DNA of 64,000 bases from the human T2T-CHM13v2.0 reference genome, Homo sapiens, in assembly GCA_009914755.4 (NCBI GenBank), contig CP068257.2, positions 24,992,001-25,056,000 of the forward strand, read 5' to 3'. The notes beneath the pieces are model-generated. The model worked only from the letters and a program-made list of their open reading frames with translations. It had not been told where the DNA came from and made no database searches. This document shows, piece by piece, positions 26,961 through 47,812 of this stretch. The position numbers were made by a program, and so were the translations under genes. The stretch's first letter is position 1; the number at the start of each line of letters is the position of its first letter.

Positions 26961-27949
26961 TTTCAGTACCCCCCAACCCTTTCTAATAAATCAATATTTA
27001 TCAATTCCTCAATCATTGTGAATCTGGTTGTCTGTCTTTCTGGTTGCTGCATGCTGAGGGATGGTGTTGTGGGCAGCTCCATACCATGGGTGACCATGTG
27101 GCCACCCAGGAATAAAAGGTTAACCTAATTTTATTTTTTTTTCTTGAAACACAATCATTTTCTCTCCAGTTCCCCACTTTGATCGAAGACAAATCACAGC
27201 AGGACCAATCTACCTGCAGAATAAGCTTCAGTCCCACGATACTTGGCCTGATTCCTCACACAAACTGCAGCAAGAATCATTGTCCATATCGGCTCTCCTA
27301 AATTGGCTTTGTTGGAACCTCTAACAAAACTATTTCAGTCAAAGCTCTGGGAAAATAAGGAGTTTATCCAACTGTGCTCTGTTATAAAAGAAAACAGATT
27401 CTTATTGAATTTATGCAAACAACCACATTGCTCTGAATAAAGAATATTCAGTTTGTGAATTCCAGAGAAATTAAGCAGAGAGAGTGAAATATTTCTCAAA
27501 TTCTGTATACTTTATTCAATTGTTAAAGGATATAAGTAGCTCAAAGATAAAAAAAAGTTCTCTGGATTCCTGAAAAACAAAACAAAAAGAATCACAAATG
27601 TTCAAATAAAAAGCCCATAAATTATTCCAGTCCTCCATCACTTGTTCATGCAATTAATACCTACTTTGCTTCATATTGGGTTAGTAATTTTCATGAGCAC
27701 ATCAGCCTTTTTATTAGAGTCATGGAGGTTTTTCTCTAGTTCAATGGTACCATGTCCAAAGTTATCAGAAACCTACAATTAAGAGTCCTTTTCATGAACT
27801 CCCCCCAAAGAGCAAGCTGTAGATTGTAGCTGATTATAAGCTACTTTTTGGGGAAAAAAAGCAAAAACAATTGTGGATGACAAGTCTAAGGACAGACACA
27901 CTTGTCCAAAAATGGTTATTTTTGTGGCATACCAAAATTTAATATAATC

Positions 27950-28243
27950 GACCAGGTGCAGTGCTCAAACCTGTAATCCTAGCACTTCAGGAGACCAAGG
28001 AAGGCAGATCGCTTGAGCTCGTTCAAAACCAGCCTGGGCAATATGGTGAAACTCAGTCTCTATAAAAAATAGTGATAAATTAGCAGAGAGTGGTGGGCAC
28101 ACACCTGTAGTCCCAGACACTCAGGAAGCGGAGGTGGGAGGATTGCCTGAGCCTGGGAGGTGGAGGTTGCAGTGAGCCAAAATTTTACCACAGCATTCCA
28201 GCCCAGTTGACTGAGTGAGACCCTGTCTCAAAAACAAAAAAAT
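27950..28243 (+). mobile_element. Alu SINE, old and CpG-depleted
   Basis: Sequence 'gaccaggtgcagtgctcaaacctgtaatcctagcacttcaggagaccaaggaaggcagatcgcttgagc...cctgtctcaaaaacaaaaaaa'. Confidence 0.9.
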
Positions 28244-30924
28244 CACAATAATCATGATTATTTCTGACAGCATATATTGACATATCAGAATTTTAAGAAT
28301 CTTATACAATCCTGGAACACATATTTACAACACAGCTATATAAACATAACCCAAATAAAGTTAAACACTATCTCACATTTGAAATTAGTTTGACCATAAA
28401 GTAAGGTTTTTACGAACCTTTTATAAGCTTTTACAGTTTTTTTAAATTAAAGATTAGGTCATTGCTTGAAGAGAACCCTATTATTCTGACACAGGGGCCC
28501 AGACCCAGAGGCTGGCTTTGCATCAGTGTGCTTTTGGTATTAATTTTTAAGTTCTAGAAAAACTCGAAACTAATCTTATTCCTTAACTAATTGTTCCTTA
28601 CCATCTCACATGCCCACCTCTTCTGCAATAATCTCTGGGCCTATAGAAATTGAAGTTTTAATTTCTCAATTTAACACAAGTTCCAACCCATTGTATTAAA
28701 GTGGTTAAGTGACTCCTTGCGTGTATCTAATTACTAGCATTCTATTGACAGAACTGTGATCAAAGGCATCAAAAATGCGATAGTTTCTACATTAAACTTA
28801 TCAATCTGCCAGTGTATTTCTTTACAATGTTTCTTAATTTGCCTTCATAAAAAAATTAACTTTCTATCATTTAAAAAATGGTAAATGCAAATATCAGTTT
28901 TGGAAATTCAGTATGAGGGCAAATAATCTCCTTTCACCTAAATATTATAAAACAAAGCAAGGACAAAGTAAGAAGCAGCACGCAATAATTTCTTTTCAGC
29001 TATTTTAAAAGAGTATTATCATACATTTCCAAGACTGGTTTTTAGATGCAGTACAGATAACTGATTGGTAAGTTTCGCCACTGGAATCTTCAAACCAGTG
29101 CAACACTTGTACATATTTTGTTTTCAACTACACACATGAAGCAGTGATAAATAGCTTGGGATCAAAAATAACTAGAAAATTTCACTCCTTTTATTACTAC
29201 TTAATCCAAGTGAATGTCACTTAATTATAATAATGGTAAACACAACTAAAGTAATTTGAGAGAAATCAAAGTCAATATAATTATCATAAGGAGAAGGCTA
29301 GTCTTTCCTGAACCTTAAAACTTTGTACCCATATCATCATTTTTCCTTATTACCCAAAAGAAAAGATCTGAAACTGACTCAAATTATTGATTTATTAATT
29401 GAATTACCTTGGATATAATCACCATTTAAACATTTCTGTTCTTTTCCAAATAACACAATAAATAATGTACTGTTTCTGCTCAGAACTTATAAATGTAAGT
29501 GTTTTGTTATTTTTGCAGGAAGCTTAGAGCTCTTGTAGCTCTCTAGGTCATCGAAGATAAGCAAAAACAATTTAATTTTAAATGACTGGTGTGCTCTCTC
29601 AATGTTTGCAGGCTTGACAAAGGTAGCTCAGAAACTTTAGGTAAATAGAGCAAATCATGAACTGTAGGAAATGCACAGGAAACAAAATGACTATGCACAG
29701 AACCAAATATAAGCCCTCCATTACAAACTACAAAACAACAATGGTTTGTGTATATGTATATGTAAGTAAAACTCAAAGGATAACAAACAGCAAATAAATG
29801 AAAATTAAATGCAAAAACAAATAAACAGGAAATCAACCCCCAGTTTTTTTCCCACTCAGTTTACCTTGGAGGCTACAGTGTTACCCAGGCCCTTAAAAAA
29901 TGACAGGAATGATAATGCAAATTAATGCATTTAAGTACACCTCACCACTATATACATTTTATGCAATTAAGAAATTCACTTAAAGCATGTGACCAGTAAG
30001 TACTTTAGTGCTACTACTAGCTATGCAGAATAGTAATTACAATGTGAAACAAAGCAATGCAAGCATTTATGTAAAATTTGGCTCCATGTTAAATCTGGCT
30101 TCATGCTTAACTATATTGAGAACGATTGCCAGACTGCCAGTGTATTTCTTTACAATGTTTCTTAATTTTCCTTTATCAAGACTTAGAGTTTTAACTATGA
30201 GCAATGTTAATGAGTCAAATTTTTCCAAATTTCTGTCATGTTTTAAAGAATATTTTACTATCCAAACTTTTTCAACTTTCTGTTCTCTCTGTATGTGCAG
30301 GAAGAGAGACATATAGAGAAACCAGAAAAAAACAACATGACTTACACAGGCCATTGATGATGTGCTTGGTCTTTCTGTTTGTTCTAAATTTTCTTTGAAA
30401 AAAACCAGTCATTTTATTTTAGGACAAAAGTTCACTATATAAGATGCTTTCTCATATAAAATTATCCTTTTCTTTATAACCTTTTTTACCAAAAATATAT
30501 CTTCACATCCATAACTTTCTTTACATCTCATTCCCCAACTTACTGCTTCCTTTCTCCCTTGTTTCATAAATAACCTTTTCAAGTCCATAATTTAAATTAA
30601 ACTTTAGATAACTTGTGAATTATACAAAATTATTCTTTTTCTCATAAAGAACACATCTTCTTTGGCACATTTTATATAGAGAATTACTTATTAACTAATG
30701 TTCCTATTCTTACTAATCTTAAATTTTAGTGAAAACCTACAAAGCAAGAAATCCTGAATTATCAAGTATTTGCATTTTATAGATGAGAATATTCCACAAC
30801 TTTTAGAAGCATATTTCCCCATATCATAACAATTTCTTAATTGAAAATGACTCAGACATCCAATAAGCACCAAAATGATTTTAAGATTTTAAATTATATA
30901 AAAAGTTTACCTGCAATATTCATC

Positions 30925-36079
<5,155 letters not shown>

Positions 36080-37063
36080 CTCACCAATAATTTTAAAGCC
36101 AGCTTGATTATTAAAGATTTACTTAAGTCATGTGAACTTGAAGAATACTTTGGACTTATTTACTTAATTTGTGAGACACATCATATAACATAATAAATAC
36201 ACATACACATAAACACATCTAAACATATATGCACACACAAAGATCCACTGGCTTTTACCTTGGAACTCTAGCTATAAGATAGCAATACAAACTCACCGGT
36301 CTACAAACATGTTCACATGGCTAAACTTTGTTTGCCCAAGTAGGTCATCCAGTGAAGGGCATGAACCAACATTTTGGGTAAAGTATTCTCCATGAAAGTT
36401 TGAGTTTTTAAAGGCAAAACCTCTTCAGATTCCAAAGGACAGCAGGGCCAAACAGCACCACAGAAGAACATCATGTATTGACCAGGCCTACTCCTGTTTA
36501 CATAAAAGACTGGATACATGACATTCCGTCCCACTTTCATTCAACAGCAAAATGAGACCTATGGAGAGGCCAAACTTCTCCAGATTCCAAAAATAATGAG
36601 GCCAAACAGTATTTCAAAAGAATACCAGTTTATCAAATTCTGGTTTTCCATGACTATACTAAAACACATACCTAAACAATCACCAAAACACAATCCCACT
36701 GCTGCAGCAGCAAACAAATCCCAAGAGTGTCCAAGCAGAAACAGGGTGCTTTGCTCTCTTCATTAGTTAGGCTTGTTCAATCTGCAAATGGAAATTCTTT
36801 CAGAATTCCCCAAATTGAGAAGAGAAGATACCATTGTCTGGTGCCCACAAAAGATATTCACCCATCTGGACACAGACGACAAATTTCAAAGGCTGTTTTT
36901 CCTAAGCAATCAGGAACACAGTTGGGGCCAGCAGCGGCAGGACCAGAGAGAGATCAAAACCCACCTCTGGCCACAAAATGGGGCAGGCAGCTGCTTAGGA
37001 GGGCTTTTGAAGCTCCCAGCCCATTTCAGCTGAGCCAGGAGCAACACGTTCATGGTCAGGGAG

Positions 37064-37565
37064 CCAAAATCCGTTACCAAAACACCAGAGGTTTTGTCTA
37101 GGTTATACTGCTCATTGCACAGAAAGCCAATCACTGAGACAATGAGTATTGCCAGGGAAGAAGGCTTTAATGGGGTGCTGCAGCCAAGGAGATGTGAGAT
37201 TAGTCTCAAATCCATCTTCCTGACTGATTAAAAACAGGGGTTTATACAGCAATGAAGAAATGTAATTGTGTATGGAACAGCAGGAATTACGGAGGGATAA
37301 AGAAAAGGAGTTGGTCAACAGGAATCAGGTGGTCAGTTAGGCAGTCATGACAGGTGAGGGGTCTGGTGTTTTACTCAGATGCGGTGATCTGGTAAGTTTT
37401 AGTTTTTTGATACTACCTAGGAGTTCTGATGGTTAATTTCCTGAGAAAGAAACTCAGGTAAAGCAAATGTAAGTTTCTCAAGTTTTAAGACTAGAAAGGT
37501 CAATTTCCATGTTTATTCAAATAAACTGTAAACATCAGTTTTATGGAACAATTGAACCAGATTCA
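37064..37565 (+). repeat. Unclassified interspersed repeat, copy B (see 26463-26960)
   Basis: Homologous to copy A, including the identical 47-mer. Followed immediately by an Alu 3' fragment. Confidence 0.5.
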
Positions 37566-37567
37566 GT

Positions 37568-37686
37568 AGGAGGATTGCTTGAGTCCAGGAATTCAAGTCT
37601 GCAATACGCTATGATCATGTCTGTAAATAGCCACTGCACTCCAGCCTGGGCAACATAGAGACCTCATCTCTTAAAATAAATAAAGT
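37568..37686 (+). mobile_element. Alu right-arm 3' fragment
   Basis: Sequence 'ggaggattgcttgagtccaggaattcaagtctgcaatacgctatgatcatgtctgtaaatagccactgcactccagcctgggcaacatagagacctcatctcttaaaataaataaa'. Confidence 0.85.
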
Positions 37687-39219
37687 AACACTGCTGCTGA
37701 TTTGAATCAATCCCTTAGTGGAATGATAATGTTGAGCTTCTCAGAGATCAAAGCTAAAGGCTTTTTGTGTTCATTAACCTGTGATGTTTTCACAATCAAT
37801 AACTGGACAAACTTCTCTCCATCTAATGTCACATTAGTGAGTTTGACCTCAAATGGTAAGGATCTAATTAAAGCTGTATCTCCCTTTCTATAAATTGCTT
37901 AGTCTTTTTGAAGGCACAATAGACTATATTCAAAAATAGCTAAAGAACAGAGTTTAAAGGAGTAAATTAAGCTTATTTCTAAAGTGCTGTATTTTTTAGA
38001 TGATCATTATCTGCCCCCATACTTATTCACTAACTTTTCAGACTGTTGGTGTCCTTTACAACTTAAGACACTCCCATATACCTCAGACTTCTCCCCTTAA
38101 AATAATGAGATTTCAAGTTTCAGCAGAAAAATGATATTGTGGGACAGTAATTTTACTACCTGCTGTGACTTTATCTGAAATGTACTGGTATAATTATAGT
38201 AAAGCAGACATTTATTTATATTTGTGTTTTAAGTTATAACATTACAAACGACCTATTTATAATTTTGCAAAACAATAAAAAAATCTACTTAATTAGTTTC
38301 TTTTAGGTTCTAACAGACATATGTTCAGAAAAGAGCAATGGCATCCAGCTGATTTTATTTATAATTAATGTCTTTGGAGAGGTGCCATTTCTTTAAGAAA
38401 ACAGTTTATTAATTTTGTTAGAAACTATTGATTGCTTTTGTGAGCAATTGGCTTATCTTTATTTTATTGTTACTGTGATCCATGTAACTAATGACCAAGT
38501 TACTTAATCCACACTGATATGACCATGTTTCTTACTTTCTTGAGTAGAAATCTCAGATCTTAATGAATGTCTCATCTTTAATCAGTGGAAAAGTCCCATA
38601 CCAAGTATTTTGTCCATTAACCTCAAGCATGGCTTCACTTTTTTCCCCCAAATTTATTTTTTCTTTCACTTTATATATTAAATGTTTATAATCTCTTTGT
38701 GTTGTGTCTATTTTTGTAAGGCAACTGAAATCCTTTTTGAAGCAGACTGGGGTATAAATAAATGATACAGATAAAAAATAGGTAGTTGAATAGATGGATC
38801 ATAAGTAGGTAATTTAGAATCTAGTCTATATTAAACAGCACAACTAAAAAGAACTGTGGTGCAGTTCTTTGAAAGGCCATTCCCATCTCTCTTCTGTACA
38901 TAACAGCAGAACTGATGCTTGATTCCCATTCCCCTCTTAATTGGTCTCGAAATTTTGGAAAAGTCATTACATTTCTCTTGGCTTCAGTGTTCTTATTTGT
39001 CAATGCGGGAGTGATTGAATGATATTTGAAATCCATTCCAACTTTAATAACATTTGGGGATGAAAAATTTCACCAGTCAAAGCTTGTAGAGAGTTTCTAT
39101 GCAGAAGCATGCCATTAATAATCACTACCATGTAAAAATTACTGCTACTTTCTTATTGCAAATTAAGTTTGTTACTTTATTTAAAGTTTTATTTTATTTT
39201 TTAATTAATTAATTATTAT

Positions 39220-39346
39220 TATTATTTACAGAAACAGGGTGTCACTAAGTTGGCCAGGCTGGCCTCAAACTCCTGAACTCAAGTGATCTGCCCACCTTGG
39301 CCTCCCAATATGCTGGGACTACAGGAGTGCATGACTACACCTGGCC
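39220..39346 (-). mobile_element. Alu left-arm monomer (FLAM-like, or a truncated Alu)
   Basis: Sequence 'cagaaacagggtgtcactaagttggccaggctggcctcaaactcctgaactcaagtgatctgcccaccttggcctcccaatatgctgggactacaggagtgcatgactacacctggcc'. Confidence 0.8.
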
Positions 39347-39392
39347 TTCTTTTTAAATTTAGTTTAATTTTATCGTATTAATTTATTTTTGA

Positions 39393-39917
<525 letters not shown>

Positions 39918-40757
39918 CCCCAGGTAGGAGGAGGTTGGTCATAGATCAGTGATGATATCCAACAGAAATGACAGGAAAAACCTTAGAAGTAGCAAATTAT
40001 TCCCAAAGATTGCTTTTTAAGGAAAGTTTGGTTGTTCTTCTATAATAGAAGCAATCCATCTTTAAGATACAAATGCTTATTTTAATGTAAATTTTTATAT
40101 TTAGAGTTTTCTTAATATTTGGTGTTGTCTTCTCCTTTTTATAGAATTTGAAATTTCAAGACCAAGAAATGTACAGATGCCAGCAGGTGCCATTATCTAA
40201 AATATGTTCCCATCTATAAATTCTTACTCCAAAGCTTCCAATGCCACTTTAGGATAGGAAGGTAGTAGATAGGTTTTGTTTTAAGCAGCCAGTGCCCTCA
40301 TGTCTCAGTTGTGAGTGGTGGGTACTAACAGCTCACAGACTCACCCTTCTGAGAATTCACCTAGGTTGATAGGAGCCACCTCACTATCTGGGGCACAGTC
40401 TGGAATGATAGGCCCTCTCCCAGGGGGCAGCAGCTGGCAAAGATCAACAGATACCAGGGATGAAAAAGGCCAGCCTCGTTGCCTTAAAAAGGAATAAGTC
40501 ATTCATGCCCCAGAGCTCCTCACGGGCTCAGGGTGGGGCTAGACTTCAAATGAACCATCTTCTCCACTGCCGTGCCTGGGTGCCTGCAAACTACATTTCC
40601 CATATTACCCTGCTAGCTGTATCCCTGTTAAATTCAGCCAATGGGAGGCACTGGGGACAAGTTAGAGGGAAGATAAATGAAGGAACATTTAGTTATTGAC
40701 TCCAACGGTTGTTATCAGTGATGAATCCATATGGGTCTGCAGCAAATTCTGCAGCAA

Positions 40758-41000
<243 letters not shown>

Positions 41001-44000
41001 TTAAAATGTGTTAGGGTGTTTGCTTCACTGACAGAAAAAGAACATTCCTCAACATATCAAGAAATTCCTCAACATATCAAGAGTTTGCTTCTATGTTTTT
41101 CACTGCACTCACTGTCTGCCATGTTATATATGTTCTGCCCTTTCTGCTACATTTAAAAATATGTGCATATTTAGATATTGCTAAGCATGATTAGTATTTA
41201 TGTGGTCACTGGCAGTAAACCAAGATAAAACATTATAAAACAAGTGTCAATAAATTTTCCCTCCTTCTTTGCATTTTATTTTGATGTAAAATTTCTGGTT
41301 ACATAAAAGTTATGGTAATCAGCCATATTTGTTGGATTTAGGTAGATAGCTCATAACAGCTCTCCACAGTCCCACTGCCTCTGAATGGATGACCTCATTC
41401 TCAACATGGAATACCGGAAAAAAGTTATCAAATCCTAAAGTTTGTGTGGAAAACCACTCCAAAAAACTGAGAAAATAGAATTCTTACCTATGTGGACACC
41501 ACTTCAAAATCTCATGTGGATTTTCCAATTTAGTAGGTATACCTGTCAAAAAAACCCATCACTGACTTTGGAAATCAAGGCTGCTGGCCTCGCTCTGGTT
41601 ATGAGACTAGAAAGATGCATGTTTTTGTGTGATATGTATTCGGGAACTAGACTGGTGAAGTCTATATGCCGTGTAGTAGCTACCGGCATCCCTCATCCTC
41701 CTTAAGTACAACAAACCTCCATTTTAGACCCAACCTAATGTACTCAAGGTAGCAGTGGTCAAGCCTTCAGCTGACTCCAACTAGAAAACACTCAGGAATT
41801 ACTGACCTCATGAATTTGCACACCTCCTGCAACTTCCATTTGTGAGACCCAAATACCCTGCAAGCTTGGCTATCATACGGTATCATTGATTTCATTGTTT
41901 TGCCGTTGTAGTGCCCCTGTTTGCCAGCAAATGTCATAGGAACATTCACACTGTAAAAGCTGGGCAATGGAATGATAATGGAATATTATTTCCCTAAGTC
42001 ACAGAATGGCTAAAGTATGAAGTGTTCCACACAAGCAAGTACTAGAGAGCATTTTGTTGGAGGATTACCAGGGTGAGTGTACTGCTATCCAAATACTCAA
42101 GCCTGTTTTTGCTTAAATCTCTAAGGAATATAGTTTTCCTTCCTCAGCCTACAAGAAGGCACAGACAACTTTATTGTATCTATCTATTAAAAGAGGCATA
42201 AATGAAAGCAGGATCAAGCAGTTTAAAAACCACCGCAATGAGAACATAAAAGTGTAGAGGACTCATTCAACCTTAAATCGCAAAACCTTCATACTTTAGA
42301 ACATTGATGATATGGCTGAGCATATCCTCCCTTAGGGGAGAAAAGCCCAGCGAAGCTCATGTCAGGGTAAAAATCATATTTTTTTACTTAGTTCTCATAA
42401 GCATATTTGATTGATAATTTAAATTAATGAGGCAGTGGGAAAACTTCACTTGGCATTGCAAATGGAGCACAGAAACACATGATTCAGTAGGAAAATAGAT
42501 TTAATAGCTGTGAACATAAACCATATTGCTATAAAGATCAAAATAGTGTTTTCTTCTTCTACAGCAAACAAAATAAAACTAACAGTAAAGGCATTCTTTT
42601 GATATACCTAGATTATACCATAAATAGGACAAAACTTTGGCAATAAATACTATTTTTCAAAAAGTCATCCTTGACACTGACCTGGAAAGTAAAAAAGGTA
42701 ATATTACTTATACAGATACTTAATTTGCACACAAGGAGAACTTTAGTCCTGTGACTTTTTAAATTGACAGTGTGTATTATATTAAAATAATATGAAACTT
42801 AGAAAACACATTGAAATTTGTTTAGGCTCATTTGTATTAACCATTTTGTTGAGTGTTTCTGAACTTTTCCCGTTGAGTATGCTAAAGTATTTGAAACATA
42901 GAAGGTTGGTTTGACATGAAAGAAAACTATAATCTATATAACTTAAATAATTAGCATATTTTGTGCAGGGAAAGTTATCTTCAATATTCTTCACATAGGC
43001 AAAATTGACAATAATTAGAAACATCATTTAAAGATCATCTTAGTAACCTGAAATGTGAAAAAGGTTTTCTCAAATTAGGCCAAAATTTAAGCTGCTTTAA
43101 AACTCTTTTCCTTCCATAATATAAAATTACACATCCAATTTAATTAAATAAAAAGAAATAAAAATGAGCTAGATTCTGCTTTGGTAATCTTAAGTCAGCC
43201 AGTTGTGCATAACCCATCTTAGAAATTCTATCAGCACACGTATTTGATCAGGGTCTCCTGAAAAGAAGACTGATGTAACTAAGACAGTGAAAGAGTGAAA
43301 TGCAAAGAAAGGTGAAATATAAGCATCCTGTCTGGTTTTGAAAAGTAAATTAATATTTCTACTAGAACTTAGACATTGTTTCTATTATAAGCACCTGAAA
43401 ATTTTCCAGTAATTGTCCAAATATCAGGTAAATAGAACTCATCCATTAACATAAGGCAGTTTATAGTGTCCCAGGAGATATCGACTAGTAATAAAAGACA
43501 AGTTTATTAACCATACAAAGCTGGAATAGATTATCCTCAACTATACCTTATTTTAATTAGTGTGGATCAACTACTTGTTATATGTTTTTACCTTTAGTAA
43601 TTACTAACCGTAATCTTCTGAATCATAGGACAGTAAACACTAAATTTCTTGCTTTATTTCCACCATTTCCTAACTTGCGGGAAAAATTGTGCTGTGTATC
43701 TCAGTACTAATCCTTTAAAAGGCAAGAGCTTTGATTCGCTAATTGATTCTCTCTCTCTCTCTCTAGCTTGCCTCTCTGTTCTTTACTTTAGGTTTAGTGT
43801 TTGCCTTTTTTTTTTCTTCTCAATAGCCAAATTGTATTTCTCAATTTCTGCCTCAATAATTTTGGCTTCAGTTCAGATATACAGAGGATTTGGTAAGTTT
43901 TTTGCTTTGAGCCATGGTTCTTCCTTTTGCTTTAACACTCAACCACACCTACAAAGAGAACACCATTGTTCCCTGCATTATGATTTAGAAATGGCAAACA

Positions 44001-44002
44001 TT

Positions 44003-44303
44003 GGCTGGCGCAGTGGCTCACGCCAGTAATCCTAGCAATTTGGGAGGCTGAGGCAGGAGGATCACCTGAGGTCAGGAGTTCGAGACCAGCCTGGCCAACA
44101 TGGTGAAACCCCGTCTGTACTAAAAATACTAGCTGGGCGTGGTGGTGCACACCTGTAGTCCCAGCTACTCGGGAGCCTGAGGCAAGAGAATCGCATGAAC
44201 TCGAGAGACAGAGGTTGCAGTGGGCCGAGATGGCACCACTGCACTCCAGCCTGGGTGACAGAGCTAGCCTCCATCTCGAAAGAAAGAAAGAAAGGAAAGA
44301 AAG
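44003..44303 (+). mobile_element. Alu SINE (AluS-like) with a (GAAA)n-rich tail
   Basis: Sequence 'ggctggcgcagtggctcacgccagtaatcctagcaatttgggaggctgaggcaggaggatcacctgaggtcaggagttcgagaccagcctggccaacatggtgaaaccccgtctgtactaaaaatac...'. Perfect 10-bp TSD 'ggcaaacatt' at 43993-44002 and 44304-44313. Confidence 0.95.
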
Positions 44304-47300
44304 GGCAAACATTACCCTCTTTAAGCCACTTCAGGTAACTTGATTTCATGCAGAGTCACATCCAGATTTTTATCTTCCCTGCAGTCTTTCATGTTCCTTT
44401 AAGTGAAATGTGTCTTTGTTTTGTTCTCTTTCTCATTCCCTCCTTAATTTCTGCTTTCATGTTCAAAATAGATTTTATTATCTGTTATTATCTGTTCCCA
44501 GTAAGACTCAGCTCAAACTCTATCAACTATTAGAAAACTATGCAAATAGATTAAGAAAAGCTTTTATTGTTGCCCTCAAAGGGATGGCAATCTAATCTTT
44601 CCAAATATGGAACAACATACAGGCAACTATCAAAAAGGCATGAGAAAGAAAAGAAACTTTTTATCTGAGGAATGTCAGCCCCTGCCCCACAGGCATCCCA
44701 CCTAAGGTAGGTAATCATCTAGAAGCCACCTGCTGTATAGACTCTAGACTCAGTATCACCATCAGTAGCTATAAATTAACCTAAAACTGCCATACGCTGG
44801 ACACAATAACTCATAGTTCCACAGTACATAGCCAATCACTAATCAATGTTATCTCTGTAAACCAACAAGAATTCCTGAGAAACAGATTTTGTAATTGCCT
44901 CCCTACTGATTCGTCCTTTTTTCTTTAAGAACTCAAGACTCTGTTTTGTTCATGGGAGTACTTCCCAAGATAACTTAAAAGTGCTTCCTGAGCTGCAGTC
45001 CTCAGCCCTAGCCCAAATAAACTCTTTACCTTTACCTATATTTATTTTGTCTCAGTTTCTTACTTTGGGTCAATGGTCACATTAACTTTGTGTATGGCAT
45101 GAGCAATGGTGTAGGGAAGCAAATGTGAACCTAGCTCGAGGTGTTGTGTTACTCCCCGAACTCTGTGGCCCTGAGTAACTTAAAGACTTCTATACATTTA
45201 AGCTAATCCATACATAGCACTGAAGGTAGTTTTGAGAATTGATTTACATAAGGCTTCTGAAAGTAATTTATAAACTATAAAAACTACACAAATGCTTATT
45301 TTATCATTTGCTTTGTTTCTTTAAATTGTGCGCACAACACAGCAGGGAGCTTCTTCTGTTAGCTCTTTAATAGCCCCTAGCAAATTTACAGGCAGAATTC
45401 AATAAATTTTCAGTCATGGAAGTTAGCAGATGTTAAAGAAAATCATTTGAATCATTCCTCTAGTTACAAAAATACACATTCCAGTGTGTTTAGCTATCTG
45501 TAAAATTACAGTAGCAGTGGTTATGAAATAGCAAAGAATGACTTTATTCATCTGTGTTTAGAATATAAAGGCTGAGAAGGCGTATTAGGGGTAGCAGAGC
45601 AGTATTGAATGTAAATGCGCAGCAAGAGGGAGAAACGATGATGTTGTCATACTCTTCTGGCCTCATTACTCTGAAGGAACTTTCTTTTCCTTAATGCATC
45701 TATGCAACTCCCTGAATGTTAATGAAAGTGGCATGTGCCCAATGAGGAGAAAAGAGATCTAAGATTAAAAACCAACCCCAATGATGCACGTTTCATAAGC
45801 TGATCTTACTGTTCCATGCACTACTTCTTTAAAATTCTGTTTTTTTTTTTTTAAGGCACATTAGCAGTGTCTATTTGATGCCTAGAAAAATTTCAAATGG
45901 AAGAAAAGATTTGTTTGAAAAAGTAAGGGGTGAACAGTTTCCACTGCAAACAAAAACTTCTGGTCTTAGAACTGTTTTTGAAGATACATAATTTTGATAG
46001 TTTTTACAGAAAGGTAGGGGTGTAACTTAACAGTTGTTTGTCCAAGACATTGTCACGTGCACCAAGCATTTTGCTCCTCCATGTCCAATCACTATTTTTT
46101 GTTGATGTTGTTGTTGCATTCTTATGGTTGGAGAGTGGATCAAGTGTATCTGGTTGCAGTTTCAGTTAATTTTAAGATCATTTGTATGTCCTTCCATTGT
46201 CATTTGGAATCTTTTTACCACTTGGAAAATTGCACTCAATATGTCGTTGTCCAATATCAAGGCCAAGAGCCCTACTCCCACATTTTAAAATATTGTAATA
46301 ATCTATCACATTTGGAAAGGTTATAATAGAGAACCATCATTGGATCTCTTCTCAACAATTCTGCATATCTTTAGGACATCTTTTCTTATATGCTACCCAG
46401 AATGTGGCTGGACTTCACTTTAAAGTTGTCTTGAATTAAGCAAAATTAGGAAAGTGAATACCATATATGGGAATCAATTATCAAATATTATGTTATCTAC
46501 TCTATTTGATAAATTACATCACTGTCCCTTCAATTACAATAGATACCTGACAAATAAGCGTCACCATGCTTATACCAAAATGTGAATTTTTTAAAAAAGA
46601 TTAATGCTAGCTTCCATGAATTCATTATTATTTAAAACACTCTTTATTAAAGTATAATCTTATACTATGTACATCGGAATTACCTGGATGCTTTAAAAAT
46701 GTTTCCCGGTCACCAGTTCTGGAATTCTATTAAGTAGACAAAAGGGGTGTGTAGATATTACTGCATTATTTTCCGTGAAGCGTGAAACTCATAAGTAGCC
46801 ATAAAAAGAAATAAACATTCATGGAATATATGACCATCGCTGAGAACCAAAACTTGTTAATTTATTAATTTGTAATTTATGTGTGTATTACAAAGGACAC
46901 CGTGATAGAATATGGTTTGCAAAATATATAGTACATATTAAATTTTTAATAGTTACCTAAGCAATTTCTCCAACTGAAGTATTTTGAGAAAACAAATAGT
47001 TTAGTATCAAGTTTAAAATAATTAGTTCTTCATTTGAAGTAAATTTTGTAATGATAGCTTACTATCGGCTCCTGAATACACTTTAGACAATAATTCTGCT
47101 AATATAATATTAATTATTTTTCTAGCAGGATATGTTCTTCCAACTCCATGTTGTTTTTGTCATCCAGAGTCTTGGAATTCTACTCTTACAGAAAATAGAT
47201 AACCATTTTATTTATCTTCTTGGTGTTGAATCTTCCAATGCTTTCATCACTTAAATCAAACAGTCATAACGTCTTTGATTTTATTGTTTTTAGCAGCTGT

Positions 47301-47514
47301 AATTGTATTTTACTCTCAGAAACATGCTCCAAAGCATTGCTTGGTCATTTTAATAAGAAGTTAAAGTGCTACTAATGTAGATGTCTGTGACTTCAAAACA
47401 AATGGCAGAAAATAAAATAACTTTAATTTTTATTACTTCAAGTTGTATTTTTTTTTTTTTGCTTTGTTTTCAGTCCTCACAATAAAAACAAAAAGTGGGA
47501 GGAAGAGATCTTAG

Positions 47515-47812
<298 letters not shown>

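Noticed and set aside
36085-37060. Possible extension of the L1 5'UTR beyond 36079, or a separate ERV LTR
   Set aside because: The L1 5' start motif is already at 36043-36054, and the downstream sequence does not resemble L1PA 5'UTRs that I can recall. I left it unclassified. It is discussed under the 26463/37064 repeat finding and not called as a feature.
43932-44349. ORFs of 126 and 95 aa on the minus strand; similar ORFs at 56145-56555, 11451-11762, 14166-14480, 15223-15676 and 47549-47740
   Set aside because: They lie entirely within Alu elements. The peptides ('...[16 protein letters not shown]...[17 protein letters not shown]...') are the well-known Alu-encoded reading frames. These are not genes.
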